From positions 111,416,001 to 111,480,000 of the forward strand of contig NC_087437.1 of NCBI RefSeq assembly GCF_036321535.1: a DNA stretch of 64,000 nt. Reading direction: 5' to 3'. Below the pieces are notes generated by a model that saw only the letters and a list, made by a program, of their open reading frames with translations, was not told the DNA's origin and ran no database searches. The stretch's first letter is position 1; every line of letters starts with the position of its first letter. The stretch is from Camelus dromedarius. Its lineage: Eukaryota. The position numbers and the translations under genes are program-made. Positions 24,123-37,539 of this stretch are shown here, piece after piece.

Positions 24123-24760
24123 AGATGTCATATTTAAAGTGCTAAGAGAAAATAAATGCCAACATGGAAATCTACACCCAGAAAAAACATCTCATAAAAG
24201 TGAGAGAAATATAAAGGAATTTTTCAGGTGTTGTTGCCAACAGACTTGCCTTAAGGAAATATTAAAGGGACTTCTTCAGGCAGATAGAAATGTATGAAGG
24301 AATTAAGGGCAACAGCAAAGATAAATATATGGGTAAAACGAAATTTCTATTGACCGGACAAAATAATAGTGATGTATTGTGTGGCTTCCTGTATATGTAA
24401 ATAACAATGCAGGCAATAATAATACAAAAGGTAAGAGGGAGGAAATTGAGCCAAAGGTTTTAAGGCCCTAACATTATTTGCAAAGTGGTGAAGGTATTAA
24501 TAAAATAGTCTTTAAAATGGTAATTGTAATGTTTAAGATAAGCACTAAAAGAATAGCAAAAGATACATCTTTGATAAGCTAATAGAGGTAAAACATAATC
24601 ATTTTTTAAAAAGCACAAAATTAAGGGAAAAGGGAAAATAAAATAGATGCAACCAATAGACTATAAATAGTAGGACAGTGGGTATAAACACAAATATATT
24701 AGTAATTAATTCAATGTAAACAATTTAAATACTCCAACTGAAAATTAAAGATTGCGCAGA

Positions 24761-27700
24761 CACTTCAGAGATGGCAGAATAAAGACTTCCAAAATTCCAC
24801 TTCTTCATAAACACAAAGGGGACACTGGCAAAAAATTGTCAAAATGAAGTTTTTCAGAACTCTGGAAATTAACCAAAGGCTTGCACTAATATGAGGAACA
24901 TTTATTTCAGAAAAATAGCTAAATCTTGGTAAGGACAGTGATCTTTGTGGCATTTTAATCTACCCTATTCCCATCTTCCTCCTCTCTACAGCTACGTGGC
25001 GGCCTTAAAAAACCACCAGCCTCACAACCACAGTAATTGTGAAAAACAGCCACTTTGCAGCCACTAGAAGGGGCAGAGTATGTTTGAAGCTCCTCCCCAA
25101 AACCCATTCCAGGAGAATTGTTACTATCTGACCTTTCTGACAACTCCCTGGAAAACCCCATTCATAAGCCTTCTCAGAGCTTGCTCAGTGGGTCTTTGTC
25201 TAAAGCAGTCAGAGGCAATTAATTAACGTCATGGCTGCCTCAGTTAGCAAGACTACTTGAGCCAAACAAGAGGCTGGCCAGAAACACAAAAGGAAAATGT
25301 AGGGAAAGAGATGTCCATAGGGGGCTTTGAAAAACTCTAACATATTCCATGGATCTTGAAGGTCATGCTCATGAACAAGGCTGTATGCATGCCTAGGAAA
25401 TACCTAAGACAGCCCTAACGTCTTACCTCCCGTTGACCTTGAGGCTCTGTGCAAGCAGGAAATGAAGAGAGCAGCAGAACTGTGTATTACTGGAACATTG
25501 ACAGTATATCCCAACACATACACAGAGCTCCTTGGCAAAGGGCGGGATACTTATTGGATCAAGGAATTTAAGGAAATCTTTGTCTAATAATTAGATGAGC
25601 ATTAAGCTAACCAAGCAGACACTTCAGTGGCCATCCACAACAAATAATATATATTTACAGAATAAGTCTAGGAACCTCACTAAACGAACAAACAGAAACA
25701 ACAACAATAAACAACAACAAAACTTGAGGGACAGTGAAGAATCTGATTTCCAGAGTTGCCATATTATATTATTTTAAATGTCCAATATTCAACAACAACA
25801 ATAAAAAAGACAAAACATGCAAAGAAACAAGTAAATATGGTCTGTACACAGGAAAAGAAACAGTCGATAAAACCTACTCTTGAATAAGCCCAGATGTTGA
25901 TCTTACTACACAAAGACTACAAATCAGCTGCTGTAAATATGTTCAAAGAACTAAAATAAATCATATCTAGAGGATTAATGAAAAGTATGAGATCACTACC
26001 TCACCAAACAGGGAATATAAAGAAATAGAAATTATTTAAAACAACCAGGTAGAAAATCCAGAGTAGAAAAGTAGAATAAATGAAGAGAGAAATTCACTAG
26101 AGGGGTTCAGCAGCAGCTTTGAGTTGCTATAAGAGTTAGTAAACTTGGAGGTATGTCTATTGAAGTAACATAAAGAACAAAAAGGAAAAAGGATGCAAGA
26201 AAAATTAACAGAGCTTCAGAGACCTGTAAGACAGCACCAAACTTAACAACATATGCATAGGGTGAGTCCCAGAAGGAATACAGATGCAAACATTCTCAAT
26301 AAAATCTTAGTAATCCAAATTCAACAGCATATAAAAGGATATTTTACCATGACTGAGGGGCATTCATCCCAGGAATGCAGGGTTGATTTAACATCCAAAA
26401 TTCAATAAATGTTATGTACACTATTCCTAAAATAAAGGGAGAGGAATCATTTGATCATCTCAATAGACACAGAAAAAGCATCTGACAAAATCCAACATCC
26501 TTTCATGGTAAAATATTCAATAAATTAAGAATAGGAAGGAACTTCTTTGACCTGATAAAGTGCATCTAGGAAAAATCCACATCTAGCATCATACTCTATG
26601 GTGAATGACTGAATGTTTTCTCCTAAGATCAGGATCAAGAAAAGGCTGTCCATTCTTGCCACTTCCCCTCAATAATGTACTGGGGGTTTTAGTTAGGGTG
26701 ATCAGGCAAGAAAATGAAATAAAATCCATCCAGATTGGAAAAGAAAAATAAATCATTTCTATTGACAAATGACATGTTCTTGTAAATGAAAAAATTTTAT
26801 GTATTAAAAAAATTTAAGGACTCCAAAAAAAACTATTCAAACTAATAAATGAGTTCAGCAAGGTTGTAGGACACAAGATCAATTTACAAAAATCAACTGT
26901 ATTCTTATAGACTAACAATAAATAACGTGAAAATGATGTTAAGAAACAATTTTATTTACAGTAGTATCAAAAAGAATACAATACTTGGAAATAAATGTAA
27001 TAAAGCAAGTAAAAGATTTGTACCTTAAAAATGATAAAACATTGTTGAAAGAAAAGAAATCCTAAAAATATGCAAAGACAACCCATGTTCTTGGGTCAGG
27101 AGACTACACACTGTGAGAAGGGCACTACTCCACCGAACTCATCTACAGGTTCAGTCCAAACCTATCAAAATCCCAGGTGCCTTTTTATTTTTACAGAAAT
27201 TGATGAGATGACCCTAAAATTTATATGGAAATGCAAAGGAGCCAGATTAGCCAAAGCAATTTTGAAAAAGACCAAAGTTGGAGAACTTACACTTTCCAGT
27301 TTCAAAACTTATGACAAAATGGTGTGCACTGGAATAAGACAGACAAATAAATCAATGGAATAAAATTGAGAGTCCAGAAATAAATTCTCACTTTTATGCT
27401 CAAATAAATAAAAATAGATCACAGATCTAAATGTAGGATTGATAATTAGAAAACATTTAGAAGAAAACACATGGGTAAATCTTCATAACTTTGAGTTACT
27501 TTCTTACATATGACACCAAAAAGGACAGACAACAAAAGAAAAAAACAGATAAATTGGACTTCATCGAACTTAAAACCTTTTGTTCTTCAAAGAACATCAT
27601 CAAGAAAAAGACAACTGATAGAAGGAGAAAATATTTGCAAATTATACACCTTATAAGGAACTTGTATCCAGAATTTATAAATAACTCTTATAACTATAAA

Positions 27701-28557
27701 AAGACAAATATTCCAATTTAAAAATGAGTAAAAGATTTGAATAGACATTTCTGAAAAGAAGATGTATCAGTGGCCAACCAGCACATGAAAAGTTGTTCCA
27801 TATCATTAGCCAGTAGGGAAATGTAAATCAAAAACACAATAAAATACCACCTCACACTCACTAATAAGGCTAGAATCAAGACAGATCATAACAAGTATGG
27901 GATGTGGAGAATTTGGAATCTCATGCATTGTTGGTGAGATTGTAAAATGGTGCAGTAATTTTGGAAAACTATTTGGCAGTTCCTCAAAATGTTAAACAGA
28001 GTTGCCATATGACCCAGTATTTCCACTCCTACATATATACCCAAAAGAATGAAAACATATGTTTATACAAAGACTTGACTTGAATGTTCCTAGCAGTATT
28101 TTTCATAAGAGCCCAAAAGTAGAAATAACCCAAATGCCCATCAATGGATAAATGAATAAACAAAGTGTGGTATATTCATGCTCTGGAATATAATTTGGCA
28201 ATAAAAATAATGAAGTATTGATGATGAACCTTGAAAACATTATGTTAAGTGAAAGAATCCAGTCACAAAATACTACATCTTGTATGATCCAGTGAAATGT
28301 TCAGAATAGGCAAACCTATAGAGACAGAACGTAGATCATTGCTCGCCGTGGTGTAAGGTGGAGGTAACGAAGAGTGACTGTTAATGTACTGTTAATGGGT
28401 TTCTTTGGGGATTAATAGAAATGCTCTAAAATTAGATAGTTGTGATGGTTGCAAAATTCTGTGGCTATACTAAAAAAACACTGAATTTTACATTTTCAAA
28501 TGGTGCATTTTATGATATGTGAATTATATCTGAATAAAGATGTTATTTAAAAATAGC
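24761..28557 (+). mobile_element. L1MB-like element (5' UTR, partial ORF1, RT to 3' end) nested in the host L1 EN domain
   Basis: 5' end acttcagagatggcagaata; ORF1 up to ~26277; RT from gatgcaaacattctcaataaaatc; ORF 27070-27363 (LKFIWKCKGARLAKAILKK); 3' end tatgtgaattatatctgaataaag. Confidence 0.85.
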
Positions 28558-28777
28558 AAAGACTGCCGTACTGGATATATATATATAGCTATATATATTT
28601 ATATACTGCTTACAAGGTGCCTTAAATATAAGAATGTTGAAAGTAAAAGGGTGAAAAATATACACTATGCAAACACTAACTAAAAGAAGGCTGGATTAGC
28701 TATCAAACAAGGTAGATTTTCAATCAAGAAGCATTACTAAAGATAAAGAGAAATATTTTTCACGATAAAAGGTCAAT

Positions 28778-30080
28778 TAATTTATGACAAAGGAGCCAAG
28801 AATGTACAATGGGAAAAAAGACAGTCTCTTCAATAAATGGTGTTGGGAAAATTTGACAGCCACACACAAAAGAATGAAACTGGACCACTATCTTATACCA
28901 CACGGGAAAATTAACTCAAAATGGATTAAAGATGAATGTAAGACCTGAAACTATAAAACTCGTAGAAGAAAACACAGGTGGTAAACTCCTTGACATCAGT
29001 TGTGACAATGATTTTTTTTGGATTTGACATTAAAAAAAAAGGCAACAAAAGCAAAAATAAACTAGTGAGACTACATCAAACTAAAAAGCTTTTGTACAGC
29101 AAAGGAAATCATCAACAAAATGAAAAGGCAATCTACTGAATGGGAGAAAATAAATATTCACAATATATAAAGAACTTATGCAACTCAATAGCAAGAAAAC
29201 AATCCAATTAAAAAGTAGGCACAGAATCTGAATAGACCTCTTTCTAAAAAAGGCACACAGATGGTCAACAGGTACATGAAAGGATGCTCCACATCACTAA
29301 TCATCACAATGAGATTTCACCTCACACCTCTTAGAATGTTTATTATCAAAAAGATAAGAAATAACAAGCAAGGATGTAAAGAACAGAGAACACTTGTGCA
29401 CATTTGGTAGTAATGTAAATTGGTGCAGCCAATTCCTGGAAAACAGTATGGAGGTTCCTCAAAAAATTAAAAATAGAACTATCATATGATCCAGCAATTC
29501 CACTTCTGGGTATTTATCCAATGAAAACAAAAATGCTAATTTGAAAAGATATCCACACCCCCATGTTTATTGCAGCATTATTTACAGTAACAAAGCAACA
29601 GAACAACCAAAATGTCCATCAATGGATGAGTGGATAAAGAAAATGTGGTCTATAGCTATATCTATATCATATATAGATAGATGTGATGGAATATTATTCA
29701 ACCATAAAAAATGAAATCTTGTAATTTGTGACAACATGGATGGATCTTGAGGGCATTACTCTAATGAAATAAGTCAAACAGAGAAAGATAAATACTATGT
29801 AATCTCTCCTATCTATGATATCTAAAAACAAAAACAAAAAACAGTTCATAGATACAGAGGACAGGCTGGGAGTTGCCAGAAGCAGGGAGTGAGGATTCAG
29901 TGAAATGAGTGAAGGAAGTTAAAAGCTACAAACTTCCAAATATAAAACAAATAAGTCATGGGAATGTAATGTACAGCATGGTGACTAGAGTTAATAATAC
30001 TGTATTGCCTATTTGAAAGTTGCTAAGAGAGTAGATCTTAAAAGTTCTCGTCACAAGAAAAAAAATTTTGTTAACTAAAA
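28778..30080 (+). mobile_element. L1MA9-like 5'-truncated L1 nested in the host L1
   Basis: tttatgacaaaggagccaagaat...tatgatccagcaattccacttctggg...gtgactagagttaataatactgtattg..gaaagttgctaagagagtagatcttaaa. Confidence 0.85.
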
Positions 30081-31059
30081 TATCAGGTAATTTCCACAGC
30101 AAATCTGTTTCCTGGCTTGGGAGGGGAAAAAAAAGAAAACAGATGCAAAAATCCCAAACAAAATATTAGCAAGTCAGATCCAATGATAAATAGGATAAAT
30201 TGTTCATGATCAAGTTGTGTTTATTCCAGATAAACAATGCTGCTAGCTTAAAATTTAAAAAATCAGTTCATAAAGTTACAACATTAATAGAATAAATAAG
30301 ATAAATTACATGACCATTTGATAGATACAGAAAAGCATCTGATAAATTTCATATCCATTCATGATCAAAATTTTAGCTAAGCATAGAGCTTTCTTAATCT
30401 GATAAGAATATCTTTTATTAAAAAAATCTTACATCAAATATGATACTGATGGTGAATTATTAAAAGCTACCCACCTGAGATAAAGCATAAAGCAAGAACA
30501 TCTACTTTCATCATGTCTCTTTATACTGTACTAGAGCTCTTAGTCATTGAAAAAAAGCAAGAAAAAAAATGTAGGAATTGGAAAGGAAGAAATTAAACTT
30601 GTCATTATTGCCACACAGCATGATTACAACACAATTGTGTGCAGAAAGTGCCAAAGGACTTGCAATCAGACTATTAAGTAATTTTAGCAAGGTTACTGAA
30701 TCAAAACCACCTTAGAAAAATTAATTGTATTTCTATACCAAAAGAGTGGGCAATTATAAAATGAAATTTCTAAAACATCATTTACAATAACATCAAAAAA
30801 TCAAAATAGTGGGAATAAATCTAGAAAAAAATTTACACACAAGCTATAAAACATTGCTGTTAATAAGTTACTAATTAATAATTATTAGTAAGTGAAGGGA
30901 TAGATCATGTTTATGCACAGAATATATAACATTGTAAAGATGTTGATTATCTCCAAATTGATCCAGTAAAAATTCCAGCAAGTTTTTTTCTGAGAAATTA
31001 ACAAACTATTCTAAAATTTATATGGGAATGCAGAGGGACAAAAAGTCAAGACATGTTTT

Positions 31060-31870
31060 AAGAAGTTTATTACTTTTGTTCTTTTATATAGTCATTGTTT
31101 CCTTGGGATTATCCAAATGTTTACATTTTTGTTTTTCTCTATTTTGTACTGTATTTCAGATTTTCCTTCTGGGTTCATTTCTTTTCTTTCTGAATTATAT
31201 TCTTTAAAGTTATGAATAAATATTTGCCTTGTAGATTGTATTAAATCAGCTCTGTAATTCTAGGTTGACAGTGGTTTCGTTAAGTATTTTGAAGATGTTA
31301 TCTTAATGTTGTCTTGCTTCTATTGCTGATTTTGAGAAGTCAGCTATCAATCTAATTGTCATTCCTTTACAGGTAATCTGTCTTTTCTCAGTAGTCAAAA
31401 TCTTTGTCTGCGTGTTCTACCTCCTACAAGGTACATTTTCTTTCCTCGGCATGGGATGCATTGAGCTTCCAGAATCCGATCATTCATGTGTCATTGTTTG
31501 GAGAAAATTAGAAGCCATTGTCTCTTCAAATACTGCATCTTCATCCTTCTCTCTTATCTCTCCTTTTGATTAAATCCATGTTAGACCTTTCAGTCTGCCT
31601 TCCATGTCTCTTAATTTATCTGTCTTATTTTCATCCTCTGTTTCTCTCTGCTGCATTCTCAATAATTTCTCAGTATCTATCTTCAGCTGCCTAATCTGAT
31701 GTTTAACCCAACCATTCGAGTTCTTAATCTCAATGACTATGTTTTTATGTCTAGAATTTTATTAATCCTTCTGGTCCTTTGCAATGTGTCTTGTCCCTTC
31801 TTTTAACTTTCAATACCCTCCATTATTTCTTTAAACATACAAAACACAGATTTTCTATTTCTCCTTGCTG
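31060..31870 (-). mobile_element. Ancient L1 ORF1 region, opposite strand
   Basis: ttgagaagtcagctatcaatctaattgtcattcctttacaggtaatctgtctttt...gccattgtctcttcaaatact, reverse ORF1. Confidence 0.7.
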
Positions 31871-32439
31871 ACTTCAGAATCTGTAATATAGATCCTGGTG
31901 ACCACACATAGAATGAATTCCAGTTTAAAATTCACATGAGAGAAGGCTTGACGTTAGGAATTCTTGAGACTCTTTTCCTCTGTATTCAGAGTCAAAGCCA
32001 ACATAGTTAAGAATCCCCACATTTTACTTGGGTGAGACAGGCTTTCTTCCCGCTTGCCTGCTTCTGGAGGTCTTGGCTTTCTTTAGGGGAAGTCTCAGGT
32101 TTAGTGGTCTCTGATTCACCCTTAAACCATATGTAGACCCCAGATTCTCTCCTGTACCCTCTCTCATGCACATACACATGAGTGCACACGTCAACACTCT
32201 ACTCCACCAAGAGCCTGCAGATGGTCCTCGGGTAACTGTCAGCTGAAACACTAGATTCATAGCTTGAAGGATTTCTCTCACTTTACTGCCAGGTCACTAA
32301 TGTGTTAACTTTTCTTCTGTTTTACTCCGTGTTTTTAGTGCTCTGCCCATTGAGATCACCAATTTTCTAGAAAAAGAAATGCAGGTTTAAGGCTTTCCAG
32401 TTCATAAGTGAGGAATAGCACACTATTGAGTTAAATGAC

Positions 32440-32812
32440 TTTCCGTTGGTTTGAGCTGCTATAACAAAGCACCACACACTGGGTGGCTTATTAACTATGG
32501 AAACTTATTTCTCACAGTTCTGGAGGCTGGAAATCTGAGATTAGGGTGCCAGCATGGTCACGTTCTGGTGAGGACCTTCTGCAGGGCTGCAGTGTGCTTC
32601 TTGTATGCCTACATGGTGGAGAGCAGAGAGAGAAAGCAAGCCCCCTTGTGATTCTTATAAGGGCACCAATCCCATTCATGGGGGCGCTACTCCCCTGACC
32701 TCATCTAATCCTAATTACCGTCTAAAGGTCTCACTTCCTCATACCATCACAGTGGAGAGTAGGGTTTCAACGCATGAATTTTGGGGAATACACTAACATT
32801 CAGTCTGTAACA
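32440..32812 (-). mobile_element. Full-length MLT1A-like solo LTR with 5-bp TSD
   Basis: gagctgctataacaaagcaccacacactgggtggctta...aacattcagtctgtaaca; TSD atgac at 32435-32439 and 32813-32817. Confidence 0.92.
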
Positions 32813-33559
32813 ATGACTTTCTCAAATTCAGACTATGACTTACCAAGGGGTAGAGGATAAATAAACCCAAGAAGGAGCATGGGGTGGGGGTCGTGGTCAG
32901 TCCTGTCAAACTAGATACACAGAGTCCTATTGATGGAGTTAGGAATGAAATCAGATCTCCTGATTTCCAAAGTGAGTCCTTGGCCTAGGCTTGCTGACCA
33001 CTCTTTCATCAGAGAACAAAAGTCAAATACTGTACATAAGAGAGTCAACAACAGAACTGACAAAACTAATAGCCATTGAATGAGGATGTATTTCAGAGAA
33101 ATCTAGAACTGGCTTAGAAGGTAAAGAAATTTGGAAATTTCTACATTCAACAAAGTTAGCAAAATATAATTGTGAAATTAACCAGTCATGTCCCCTCCTC
33201 AAGGAAATTTACCTACTAGACTCACCTCGGCCAGCTTTTGCTCCCAGGCAGGGGAACCTACAGGGAAATATGGGGTGGCCTTCTCTGGGTCAATTTTAGA
33301 CGTACATCCGAGGTCAAACTCTATTTCTACTGAGGTCAAACCCCCTTCCTTTACAGAGCAAGGCAGATGCCAGCTCCCAAGGCCTCTGCTGCCAGACCCC
33401 ATCATGCCCTGTTAATTTCCCAGTGCTCCCCTCCACTTCACACCCTGCCCTCCAGGCACAGCTGACCTTCTTTTACCCTTTCCCCTACAAACCTCTGCAG
33501 AGTCTCTGGCTTATAGTCCTCTTCTCCATGACCTTGTCAACGTATTCGATTTTTTCTAA

Positions 33560-33800
33560 TTTTTCACTATCACACAAATGCTACAGTAAATATTCTTGTA
33601 CACATGCAACATGTTTCTCCAGGAAAAATACCAAAGAGTAGAATTGGTGGATCGGGGGTATGCATGTTGTCCACTTTCCTGGATGTCACAAAAGGCCCTC
33701 CGAAGTGGTTTACCAATCATGCTACCAACCACAAGGTAGGGGTGATTCCTGGTTCTGTATCTTTTGTCAACACATGGGATTGTCAGATTTTCATTCTTAA
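33560..33800 (-). mobile_element. Ancient L1 ORF2 3' fragment
   Basis: tgctacagtaaatattcttgtacacatg...agagtagaattggtggatc...gaagtggtttaccaat. Confidence 0.55.
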
Positions 33801-34419
33801 GAACCTTCTTTCTGCAAGCCAATCCAATGAACTCCTTCCTCTGACCTGCTGATGTAACACATTTTTGTCATTCTGGATGTTGGATCTTAAAGCAGGGGTC
33901 AACAACTCTTCCGAAGAGTGAATTGAGGTCCATCAATTCTTCCCAACAGATGATGGGGAAAAGAGGTCTGACTCTAACTTGTCTTGAGCAAGAGCACTAG
34001 CCAGTGATAAAGACAAAGAGACCCGAGGCTCTGAGAGCCAGGGGATCTATACCAGCCACTGACACTGCTTACTAGTGTGGGTCTTGGAGGTGAAGTCAGC
34101 ACAACACTGACCTTTGAGCCAGTGAAACCAGGCTGCCTGCTGCCTCTGGCATGTCTTCTAATGAAAGAGTAGCCAGGATAATGGGAGTCCCATGTCCCAG
34201 GGCCAAGGGGCCAAGAGACATCTGGTCTTTAAATGACAGATGGCGGTCCGGAGGAGGCCCAGCAAAGAGGAGGCATGAAAACTGAAATGATGGAAATCAA
34301 GGTCCTGGTAGATTTCTGGGCAGGTCTGGATATGGGACAAGTGCTTGTTTCTCATCCCCATTGTCAGTGTCTAGAGGCTGCAAAGGTAAACAGAGTGATT
34401 AAAGAGTGCAACCTCAGAA

Positions 34420-34645
34420 AATAGATGATCTGCGAGGTCTTCTACTGACAGTTTCAAGATTTTAAGCATATTACTTAACCTCTCCCTGCCTCGAGTTCCT
34501 TCTCTGTAGAATGAGGATATTCGTATATATTTACAAGGTTGCCTTGAAAAGAAATGAGATATTACCAGTAAAATATTTAGCAAGAGTCTGGTTCATAGTC
34601 AGGACTCAATAAGTGTTAGTTGTCATTCTCATCACCACCATTATT
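34420..34645 (+). mobile_element. MIR SINE
   Basis: ttacttaacctctccctgcctcgagttccttctctgtagaatgagg...ctcaataagtgttagttgt. Confidence 0.8.
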
Positions 34646-36299
34646 GTTATACAGTATATATTGGTGTCTCGTGTGACCAGCTCTGTTGGAGCACGTGGCT
34701 ATATAGGACTGGCAGCTGGTTTTTGTCTGGTGCTTCAGTTCTGATTGATTGGTCATGCCTGCCTGTTGAGAAGGATTCCAAGGTCACCCTTGAGCTCACA
34801 GAAAGGAGCAGCAGGCTGTAATCCACTGACCATGTCTGCCGCGGCTCAGGAGGCAGAGTGGTATCAGACACCTCATGCATTCACCTCCCCAGGGTCTGCA
34901 TTTCAATTCTTATCTGGTAGGAAATACTGATTCAGGAGTATTTCAAGTCCCCATTTCAAGTTTCTAAGAGAGGACCTATAAACAGACCACAAAAGGGCCA
35001 ACCTTTAAATGAAGCCAACTGCACACAGCTCTCTAAAAAGAAAATGTGTTGAAAGCAGGCACTGCTTCCTTCTCGGTTCTGAGTTCTGCAGAGAATTTCC
35101 ATTTTATCATTCGGGGCTGCTCACTGCACTGATGCCTGCAACCTGGGTGAGCCTTAGGTGGGCTTATCACAAGCAGAACTGGCACTTAGATATCTGCAGA
35201 TGCTGCTATAAAGCAGAGAGCCTTGGCAGGGAATAGATTCACTGGAGAACACGGTACAATGGAAGGAGCTTGGGAATCACAGACCTGGATTCCCACTAGG
35301 GCAGAAATCCACAACGTGGGGCTGGATGGGTCACGTGACTTCTCAGAGACCTGGTTTCCTGCCTCTAAAATGAAGTAAATGGTCTCCAAGATTCCATCCA
35401 ATTGTGTTATTCTGTTCTAGGGAAGGGAAGACATCTCTTGTACTATGTTTTTGGAAGAGAGAGAAGTGTACAGAGATGCATGTATGTGCAAGAAAGAAAG
35501 TCCTCAACCTTCCTGAAAAACATCTTCCAAAATGTCCCTAGATTCCCAAATGGTGAAATAGCACAACCACCTCCATTTCTCTTGGGGATGAGATTTTCCA
35601 AGGAAAATAGAGTTTATCAGCACAAAAGACGATATCATGTGAAAACAAGGATTCAAGAACAAGTGATCTCATGTGCTATACCCTTCACCCACCCACACAC
35701 AGATATACAGAAAATTGTTCATCGTTAAACCAAAATCCTCCTTCAGCAAAATTATAAATCCGTACGTGTCATGGACTTCTGATATTAAAACTATAGCTGT
35801 TAAATTCACCGCCACGAAGGGTCCATCACATTCAGATTACATAAAGCACCCAGACAACCATTGCTATGGAGTATGTTTTAGTAATACGGCACCAAGAAAA
35901 TTAAGTAGTAAAAATGCGATTTCTCTTTCCAACAGCTGTAAACTGGAAACGTCATGATAATCTCCCCGAACCCTAATGAGTTTTGTGCCTGTCTTTTCTC
36001 ATAGACAATGGCAATAATATAATGTGATTTATGAACATAAACGCATAAGAATGACTTTTCATAACCGTTCAGGTCTTCTAATCCTCAGGGAGACGTCCCT
36101 TTCAGTATGACCACTTTGGGAGTGAGTGTCCTGACTGCATCGGTGAGGTCACTTTTGGGTTTTTCTCCTTAGAAACTGCTTTCTTGGGCCAGTTAAGGAG
36201 TGTTGGAAAGAAATCCTGTCCCAGCTGTTAGCACACCTCATTTTCGATCCAAAATAGCATTTCCCAGGTCCGTCACTCACCTTACGAGATTCACTTGGC

Positions 36300-36495
36300 T
36301 TCAAGTTTCAAAATCCGTCTACAGAGACTTGGCTCCGACTTACTCTTTGTTGTTTTCCAAACCCCAAATCTACCTTTAATAGAGGAAAATTGACCATTGT
36401 TCAAGTTACTGGAAAGAGTATGGCATGGGACCTGAAAGCAATTCCTCATGAACTCTGTAAAACATGTTTTGTACTTGACGACATACACAGAATGG
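36300..36495 (+). mobile_element. Mariner (MARNA-like) transposase C-terminal remnant
   Basis: 36326 reads DLAPTYSLLFSK (compare the mariner YSPDLAP.D..LF motif) and 36432 reads LKAIPHELCKTCF; probable continuation ~36990-37030 after the LTR. Confidence 0.6.
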
Positions 36496-36504
36496 TTCTA
36501 ATTT

Positions 36505-36987
36505 TGTCATAATTAATTTAATATGTCAACTTGACTAATTTTGTGTCAACTTGACTGGGCTAACGGATGCTCAGATATCTGGTAAGACATTACTTCTGCA
36601 TGTGTCTAAGAGGGTGTTTCTAGAACATTTGGATCAGTAGACTGAATAAAGAAGTTCACTTTCACCAACGTGGGTGGACATCATCTAATGCGTTGAGGGT
36701 CTGAATAGAACAGAAGGGCACGGGAGGGGTGAATTCACTCCCTTCCCTTGAGCTGCGACATCCATCACCCCCTGCCCTTGGACTCTGTTACTCCTGCTTC
36801 TCAGGTCTTCAGACTTGGACTGAAGTTCCACCACCCACCTTTCTGGGTCTCCAGTTTGTAGACGGCATATTGTGGGTCTTCTCTGCCTCCATAACCATGT
36901 GCACCAATTCCAGTAATAAGCCTCCTCTAATGTATATCCATAGCCACCCTAGAAGTTCTGTTTCTCTGGAGAACCCTGACTAATACG
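36505..36987 (+). mobile_element. ERVL MLT2 solo LTR
   Basis: tgtgtcaacttgactgggcta...gagggtgtttctaga...gttctgtttctctggagaaccctgactaatac. Confidence 0.92.
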
Positions 36988-37539
36988 ACATCCTTAAAGG
37001 GTTATGCTTAAAGGAACGACTTATTTGAATTTTTTAAATGTCCAAGTTCTATGAGTATCAGGCATTGCCATCTCAATCTCTGAATCCCCTTTCTGTCTAT
37101 ACCCACTCCTGAGTCTCACCGTCTTCCCTACTTCCATCAAAACGGCTGTGTCAAAACAGCCACTTGAGGAAGCCCCCAGCATTGTAACTGTCACATGGGA
37201 ATGTCTGGGATTCCACCAGCTCATCACCCTGGGTCAAGAGATGCTATCCCTCTGGTACTACCCTCCAGACATGACTTGCTTGTTTAAACTCCTCCAGGGA
37301 TGAGGCCATGAGGGAGGACATTTTCAAAGACATCAGCTTAAAAACTGGGATTTCATTTCTGTCTTGAAAGGGTAAAAGGAAATGACAAATAAAATGTCCA
37401 AACGCTGCCTTCTTACTTATTCCTAATTCTGCCACCAGGTTGAAAAGAAAAAGTCAGATCCAGGTTACATGGGTTCGTCTTTAGGAAATAGAACATTTGA
37501 AGTCTTTTCTCAATCTCTGTTCTTGCATTGACTGTGAAA

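Larger units (their letters stand above)
23000..31050 (+). mobile_element. Ancient host L1 (5' region/ORF1, EN and RT pieces) carrying nested insertions
   Basis: ORF1 end 24125-24300; EN start (attcaatgtaaacaatttaaatactcca) up to 24760; EN resumes 28558-28775; RT region (gatgcaaaaatc...gatacagaaaagcatctgataaa) 30135-31050. Confidence 0.75.
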
